DNA of 64,000 nt, from assembly GCF_009914755.1 (NCBI RefSeq), contig NC_060926.1; one strand, 5' to 3'. The notes beneath the pieces were generated by a model that ran no database searches, had not been told where the DNA came from, and worked only from the letters and a program-made list of their open reading frames with translations. How positions within the stretch are numbered: position 1 is the first letter of the stretch; every line of letters begins with the position of its first letter. Shown in pieces: positions 56,077 through 64,000 of this stretch. Position numbers and translations under genes: made by a program. Source of the stretch: the human T2T-CHM13v2.0 reference genome, Homo sapiens.

Positions 56077-59000
56077 CCCTTTTAATTTTTAAAAATGTTT
56101 TAGCTTTTTAAATTTTTTAATTTTCTTAAATTAAAAAAAATGTTTTCTGGTTTCCTCATCTTCTCTTCCTTCTTTCCTTCCTGTCTTCCTTTAGTAAAGG
56201 TGATTTTCCCCTGGTGATATGATTTTGTTTCTTTTTGTTTGTGTATCCATTGCATGTTCTTTGGTTTGAGGTTACCATAAGTGATACGGCTTGGCTGTGT
56301 CCCCACCCAAATCTCATCTTAAATTGTAGCTCCCATAATTCCCATGTGTTGTGAGAGGGACCCAGTGGGAGACAATTGAATCATGGGGACGGTTTCCCCC
56401 ATACTGTTCTTGCAGTAGGGAATAAGTCTCACAGGAGCTGATGGTTTTATAAGGGGAAACCCCTTTAGCTTGGTTCTCTCATTCTGTCTCGCCACCACCA
56501 CGTAAGAAGTGCCTTTCACATTCTGCCATGATTGTAAGGTTTCCCCAACACGTGGAACTGTGAGTCCATTAAACCTCTTTTTCTTTATAAATTACCCAGT
56601 CTTGGGTATGTCTTTATCAGCAGCATGAAGACGGACTAATAATACAGTGAGGCTTGCAAATATTATCTTATAACCCATTATTTTAACCTGATAACACTAT
56701 TTGTATAAACAACCAAGCAAGTAAAAATAAATCTCTACTCAACTTCATCACTTTTTAACTTTTTGTTGTTTCCATTTATATGTTATTGTACTATGTTTTG
56801 AAAAGTTGAAGTCCTTTTTTCTTTTATTGGTTCATTGTTTAGTCTTCCTACTTAGGTTAAGAGTAGTTTACACAGCACAGTTACAGTGTTACATTATGCT
56901 GTGTTTCTCTGTATATTTACTATTACCAGTAAATTTTGTACCCTCAGGTGATTATTACTCATTAATTTCCTTTTCCTTCTGATTGAAGTACTCCCTTTAG
57001 CATTTTTTGTAAGATAGTTCAGGTATTGATGAAATCCCTCAGTTTTTGTCTAGAAAAGTCTATCTTTATGTATGAAGAGTATTTTTACCAAATACACTAT
57101 TGTAGAGTAAGTTATTTTCCCTCAGCAATTTAAATATGTCATGCCACTCTCTCCTGTCCTGTAAGGTTTCCACTGCGAAGCCTGCTGCCAGACATATTTG
57201 AGCTTCATTGTATGTTGTTTCTTTTCTTTTGCTGCTTTTAGCATCCTTTCTTTATCATTTTCTTTGGGAGTTTTATTATTAAATGCCTTGAGATAGTCTT
57301 TTATGAGTTAAATCTGTTTAGTGTTCTATAACCTTTTTGTACTTGAATATTGATCTCTTTCTCTAGGTTTGGAAAGTTCTCTGTTGTTATCCCTTTGAAT
57401 AAACTTTCTATCCTTCTTCATCTACCTCCTCTAAGGCCAATAACCCTTATATTTGTCCTTTTGAGGCTATTTTCTAGATCCTGTAGGCATGCTTGTTTGT
57501 TTTATTTTTTCTTTTGTCTCCTGTGTGTTTTCAAATAGCCTGTATTTAAGTTCATTCTTTCTTCTGCTTGATTTATTCTGCTAAGACTCTGATGCAGTCA
57601 TTTTTCAGTGTGCCAAATGCGTTTTTCAGCTCTAGAATTTCTGCCTGATTCTTTGTAATTCTTTCAATCTCTTTGATACATTTTTCTTTTAAAAATCTGA
57701 ATTCCTTCCCTGGGTTATCTTGAATTTCCTCAACACAGCTATTTTGAATTCTCTGTCTGAAAGATCATGTCTCTGCTTCTCCAGGATTGCTCCCTGCTAC
57801 CTTACTTAGTTCATTTGATGAGGTTATGTTTTCTTGGGTGATGTTGATGCTACTAGTTGTTCTTTGATGTCTGGGCATTGAAGAGTTAGCTACTTTACAT
57901 GTAGTCTTAACTCTCTGGGCTTATTTGTAGCTGTCTTTTTTTTGGAAAGGATTTTCAAATATTTGTAAGGACTTGGGCATTGTGATCCAATGTGTATCTG
58001 CTTTAGTAGGCACCCCAAGCCCAGTACCACTGTGGTTCTTGCATACTCATAGATGCCTTGATAGCTTTGGACAAGATCTAGGAGACTTCTCTGAATTACT
58101 AGGCAAAGGCACTTGTTCTTTTCCCTTACTTTCTTCAAAACATATACAGTCTGTCTGTCTCTGTTCTGAGCCACTTAAAGCTATGGGTGGACTTACACAA
58201 GCATCTCTGTGGCCACTACTACTATGACTGTCCTGGTCAGATCTGTAGCCAGCACAGTACTGGGCCTCATGCAAGGTCTGCTGTAACAACTCCCTGGCTA
58301 CTGCCTGTGTTCACTTAAGGCTCTGGGGCTCTACAATCAGCAGGTGGCAAAACCACCCAGGCCTGTGTCTTTCTTTCCCTTTAGGGTGGCCAAATTCCTC
58401 AGGCCCCAAGTGGGTCCAAAAGTGCTATCCAGGAGTCAGGGACTAGTGTCAAAAACCTTAGAAGTCTACCTGGTGTTCTACTGTACTGTGGCTGAGCTGA
58501 CACTTAAATCACAAGATCACAAGATGCAGTCCTTCCCACTCTTCCCTTCCCTTTCCAAAGGCAGAGGAGCCTCATCCCATAGCCACTGCCACCCCTGGCC
58601 ATAGGGAGTACTGCCAGTTGCCAGTCTACCACCAATGTTCCATTAAGGCCCAAGGTCTCTCAAGTCAGTTTGTCTTGAATGGTGCCTGGCCTGGGACTCA
58701 ACTTTCAGGGCAGTGGACTCTCGTCTTGTCTGGGGCAGGTCCAGAAATGCTGTCCAAGAGTAAAGTCCTGAAAGTGGGGACCCCAATAGCCCACTTGGTA
58801 CTCTACCCCCATGGCTGTGCTGGTACCTAAGGTTCAAGACAAGTCTCCATTACTTTTTCCTGAGCTTTTCTATAGCAGAAGGAGTTTTCCCCCATAGCCA
58901 CCACAGCTGATATGCTGAGTCTCACTCATCTGAAGCCTGGAAGTCTGAGAAGCTCACCGAATGCCCTCAATATTATACCTCAGTATTGCTGTCAACTATT

Positions 59001-59892
59001 CAGGGCTCAAGGGCTCTTAGGAAGTTATCAGGTGATGACTGCTGCCAGGACTAGGTCCTATCCTTCAAGGAGGAAGGTCCCCTTCTGGCCCAGGTTGTGT
59101 CTAGCAATGTTTTCTGGGAGCTAGGGCTTCAAGACTCTGACCAGTGCCCTATCCTGTTGTGTCTAAGCTGGCACACTAGATGCAAGACAATGTCTTCTAC
59201 ACTATTCTATCTCCTCTCCTCAAAGGAAGGAAGGGGTCTCTTTTGGAGCCTAGTGCTATGCCACCTGGGACTAGGGGAGGGATAACGTCAATACTCCCTT
59301 GACTGCCCCAGTTGGTATCTCAGTAAGTTACAGACTGACAAGTCCACACTCTCTGGGCCTAGTTTAGTACTGGGACTCAGATAAGAGTTGCAGTCATTAT
59401 TGTGTCTTTCAAATGTACTTGGAGACACAGAGTGCTGTAGCCCTCAGTAGTGAGGTTGGCAGGCACTCAAGTTCAGACCACTGAGATTGGTGATTCACTT
59501 CTGGCTATGGCTGGTTTAAATGTTCCCTCTGTGGCTGGGCATCAGCTGAGTTTGGTCTGGTGTTCCTTTCTGCTCTATCAGGACAGCACTGAGTTCAATG
59601 CCTCAGAATTGCTGTGTTCTCCCACCTCCATCACCCAGAGATGCTCTCTGTAACGTGCTGCCTCTGCTGGGATGGGAGAGGGGTGGTGTCCACAATTCAA
59701 GGACTTTTTTTTTTCCTTAATAATCTCTGCAGTGCCTCCTTCAGTGATATACAGTTAAAGCCAGGTACTAAAAGTGATCACCTGATTTTTGGGTCTTATG
59801 AAGGTTTTTTTCCTGTGTAGTTGATAACTTGGTGTCCTTGGAGGTGGATGCTGAGTGGAGTTTTCTATTCCACCATCTTGCTCTGCCTCCTC
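56077..59892 (-). mobile_element. L1MA-like 5' half only (5'UTR + ORF1 + inter-ORF), flanked by a TSD
   Basis: Collinear with 37975-41300 of the full-length copy. Direct repeat tactcccatat at 56066-56076 and 59893-59903. Confidence 0.85.
56282..56646 (+). mobile_element. THE1B-like solo LTR nested in the half-L1
   Basis: tgatacggcttggctgtgtccccacccaaatctc...ggactaataataca. Degenerate TSD ataag/gtgag. Confidence 0.92.
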
Positions 59893-60212
59893 TACTCCCA
59901 TATTGTTTATAAACTTTAAATGTCATTTTATAATTGTTTTACTAAATTTACAGGCTGTAAACAGGATATAAATATTTTTAACTCATGTTTTTGTTTGGTT
60001 TACATTGAAATTAAATCAGAGGATAATATAAATACAATAAGTTTAACAGAATAAGATTACCATTTGAGACAAAAATGAGTAAATGTCAATGTAAAACTTC
60101 TAAAGTTGAGATTTATTTTCTTATTTTCTTCTTTCCTATTCGATTAGTTTTCATAACTAATTTATGATAAAACAAAAAATAAATTGCACTAAATACTGAC
60201 TTGAACATAAAG

Positions 60213-60487
60213 TTTTTTTTGATTGTTTGTTTTCTGACACAGAGTCTTGCTCTCTCGCCCAGGGTGGAGTGCAGTGGCAGGATCTTGGCTCACTGCAACC
60301 TCCGCCCTGCTGCCTCAGCCTCCTGAATAGCTGGGACTATACGCGCCCAGCTGATTCTTGTATTTGTGGTAGAGACGGGGTTTCACCATGCTGGGCAGGC
60401 TGGTCTAGAACTCCTTACCTCAAGCGATCTGCCCGCCTTGGCCTCCCAAAGTGTTGGGATTACCGGCGTGAGGCACCGCGCCTGGCC
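60213..60487 (-). mobile_element. Diverged AluS/J with small internal deletions
   Basis: Antisense Alu ending cctggcc, lacking the gggttcaagcgattct segment. Confidence 0.88.
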
Positions 60488-60510
60488 ATGTTTAACTTTT
60501 CTATTGTAAC

Positions 60511-60811
60511 TTTTTTTTTTTTTTTTTTTGTGAGACCGAGTCTTACTCTGTCGCCCAGGCTGGAGTGCAGTGGTGCCATCTCAGCTCACTGCAACCTCCG
60601 CCTCCTGGGTTCAAGTGATTCTCCAGCCTCAGCCTCCTGAATAGCTGGGATTACAGGCATGTGCCACCATACCCGGCTAATTTTTGTATTTTTAGTAGAG
60701 ACGGGGTGTCACCATATTGGTCAGGCTGGTCTCAAACTCCTCAACTTGTGATCCACCTGCCTCATCCTCCCAAAGCGCTGGGATTACAGGCGTGAGCCAC
60801 CGGGCCAGGCC
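60511..60811 (-). mobile_element. AluS (Sx/Sg-like)
   Basis: T-tract followed by a dimeric Alu. TSD tctattgtaac on both sides. Confidence 0.93.
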
Positions 60812-60824
60812 TCTATTGTAACTT

Positions 60825-62330
60825 TTTTAAGAAAACTTTTTATTTTGAACTTTTATAGAAAAGTTGCAAAAATGTTAGATTTTCCTTGTATCTTTCATCT
60901 GATTTCCCTAATGTTAACATCTTGTATAAGCTTAGTGCAATTATCACAAGCAGGAAATTAACATTGGTACAATATAACAGACCTCATTTGAATTTAACCA
61001 GTTTATTAATAACTTCTACTGTCCCAGGAGTTTGAGAATCCCATATTGCATTTAGTTGTCCTTTCTCCTTACACTTCTCCCGTCTGAAACAGGTCTTTTG
61101 TCTTTTATGACTTTGGTACTTTCGAAAAATGATGAACAGTTTTGTAGAATGTCCTTCGATTTGGTTTGGTCCAGTGTTTTTGCATGCTTAGGTCATACAT
61201 ATTTGGTAATATTACCATAAAAATGATTTTGTGTACTTTTAATAAACTGCAAATCTGCTTTTTATAATGTTTGTACCATTCTGCATTCTCATCAGCAGGG
61301 ATATGGTAAGCCTCCTTAGTTTTAGGCATTCTGTGGTTTTAATGGTATCTGTACTGGAATGTTGAACATCTTTTTTTATATGTTATTTGTCACCTGTGTG
61401 TTGAAGTACCTGTTCAAATCTTTTATCCATTTTTAGTTGAGTAATTTGTCTCCTTATTAAGTTGTGGTAGTTCTTTACATATTCTGGATACAAGTCATTT
61501 GTTGAGTGTATGTTTTATAAATAGTTTCTCCCTATTTGTGGCTTCTCTTTTCATTTTCATAACAGTGTCTTGCAAATTGCAAACATTTTTTTAGACTCCA
61601 ATTTGAGTTTTTTTTTGTATTTTGTATTTAATGTTTAAGACATTTTTACTAAACCTGGTATCACCTATATTTTCTTCTATGGTTTTTATAATTTCAGCTC
61701 TTAAATTGGATTCTATGATCCATTTGGAGTTAAATTTTGTATATTAACAAAAACTAAAGGGTTGAGATGTTTTACATATGGTCATTCAACTGTACCAGCA
61801 TTTGAACTCTATTGCTAGTTAGACCAGGATAAAAACATATTTAAAAAGGTTATATCTCTTTACACATCTATATTTAATCAAGGCAAATTCCTAGAAGTTT
61901 AATTTCTGGATCAAACTGTACACACATTTTTAAAAGCTCTTGATACATACAGAAAACTTACCTTCCACAAAGCTTATTCCACCTCACTTTCTGATCAGTA
62001 TTACATTAATGTAATTTTGTTTACAGATTTAACAAGTAAAAAAATACATTTTATTTTTATTTACATTTTTATTTTTTAAATTACCAATATAGTCAAACTT
62101 TTAATATATGTAACTATGTGTATTCTTCCTTTTGTAAGTTATTTTTCTGCAAGCCTCACAGTTTTTCTACTGGTAAGAGAGGTTTTCATATATTTGGAAC
62201 AGGATCCCCTATACTTGTTATATATCCTACAAATTCTCTTTTCACACTTCATGTTTTATAGTATGTAAGATGTTATACAAAATCTATAATGTTAGATAGT
62301 TTTCACTCTTTTTTGGTTTGCGCCTTTGTA
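60825..62330 (-). mobile_element. Old L1MB/L1MC-like antisense fragments
   Basis: tagaaaagttgcaaaa, ggaaattaacattggtacaata, ttttgtagaatgtcc and tacatattctggatacaagtc. Confidence 0.7.
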
Positions 62331-64000
62331 TGCAGAATAAAACCTATGAGACCAGTTAAAGAACCATGAGAGCAGTTAAAAATGTGACATAGAACACTTT
62401 TCCTAACATAGTACGTCAGAAAAGAAGATTTTAAAAGAGTGTATCTGATATAAAATCAATTTTAATGCATAGGGAGAAAAAGACTAAAAACCCAAAGTGT
62501 TGATTATCATTGCTTTGTTATGGTCTAACAGATTTTTACTAACTTGTGTGTTTCCTAGATTTTCTCTTATCAATTTTTGTTACTTATCAGAAAGTAATCA
62601 TTTTAAAAAGTGATACCATCTTCCCCAGGTGTTTTGGGGATGGTAATCATTTGTATGTTAATAAAAGCTCTGTCAACACTGTAGTTTTCAACGATTATGC
62701 TCTTAGCTTGAATAAACTTCCCAAGTTTCATGACATTCTGTTAGGGTAACTGAATCAATATTCACGTCCAACTGTGTAATATGAAAAATTAGCATTATTT
62801 TCCATGTTACTTCAACTATGTTTACATATTTGTGACTAAAACACTTCAGCTGTAATTCAATTCTACCCACATTATAGGCATATTTAGTAACCTTGTGTCC
62901 ATTTGAGCCATAATGCTTTAAGTCAATTAAGCATTCATGAGATCTGGAATAAGCGGAATATATACAATCTAGCCAGGCTGCTGCTGTTTTATACTATTGC
63001 TATCATGCTGTTCTCTCCTGGGTGATTATTATCTCATTAACTTTTAAGCCAGTTTGGAAATAATTTAGTCAAAATTTAGCCTTAATTAACATTATTGAGG
63101 GTCACTGCAACATTGGGAGCCAGTCTTATTTAAATTTTAGCTTTTAGAACTTTACCATAATAAGTAGGGAATCATCTATTTTTTAGGAAAAGAATATGAC
63201 ATTATTATACAATTATAATTAAGATGGATATAAATGAACTCCTGAATTCTTTATGTCATTCACTGCAAGCCACCACTTACTTGACACAATGGCCCAATTT
63301 TTTTATTAATTAAACAATGTGCTTGCTAACAGGATGGGAGACAGTTTTCATCATGATATTTCTAGGATGGCTGATGAGCAGTCACTGCTCTGATTTAGGA
63401 CCCAGGGTTAGTCATATCAGTTTGCTAGGGTTAGAAGATGTGAGTGACTTTCCGATTACTATGGGTCAGTGGACACAGGAAGACTGAAAACAGGACTGAA
63501 GGTGAAAGGATGTCAGGAGTCTCATTTCAACAGGAATCAGCAATAGAGCAGTGCTAACATGAATGGCACAAGTTTAGACAGACAAAAATGGCTTTATAGA
63601 TATTTAAAAATAATTATATTGGTATATAGTAAGGAGAAAGTATGAATTGGAAATAGTTTCAAAGGACAAAAAGGTCTGTAGTAGTTCAACTACACTGCAG
63701 TAATTCAAGACACTGTGATACAAACGCAGCGAGGAGAAGATGGGGAATCTGCTTCATTGTGATTCACTTGCTCTGAGTCTGTGAGTTATTTTACCTGTTT
63801 ATTAGTTATATATTCTGAACTTTTTTTTTTAAAAAAAAACATACTTTAATAAAGGAAGAGCTGAAACTGGATAAACTCTTGCTATCTCCTCCAGGTTGGT
63901 TTAATCCTAAAATAGCAATGATCAGAGACTTGCACTCATACAACAGTATACGGTAATCTTGCTTACTGGGAAATTTTAAATAGTGTATGTGTGAATGTAG

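Overview
AT-rich, CpG-depleted primate (probably human) genomic DNA, either intergenic or deep intronic. I recognise no protein-coding gene, rRNA, tRNA or CRISPR array. Most supplied ORFs are chance frames or decayed L1/Alu/LTR frames. Most of the window is interspersed repeat: many L1 fragments, a near full-length ~7.5 kb L1MA-type element, seven Alus and one FLAM, nine MaLR solo LTRs (THE1/MST/MLT1), MER68 and LTR22 solo LTRs, MER2, MER33, and L2/MIR relics. The most interesting signals are retrotransposition fossils: (1) a TSD-flanked 'half-L1' (5'UTR+ORF1) that stops just before the ORF2 ATG; (2) a 35-nt tailless U2 snRNA retrocopy with TSD inside an L1; (3) a young L1PA2-like insert whose 5' end is built from three non-contiguous L1 pieces; (4) a twin-primed inverted L1; (5) an L1 inserted into the homologous position of another L1. 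Several co-oriented minus-strand candidate exons may belong to a spliced non-coding RNA, but this is speculative. I found no convincing evidence of a new biological system. Subfamily names are recalled from consensus sequences by eye and should be confirmed with RepeatMasker/Dfam.
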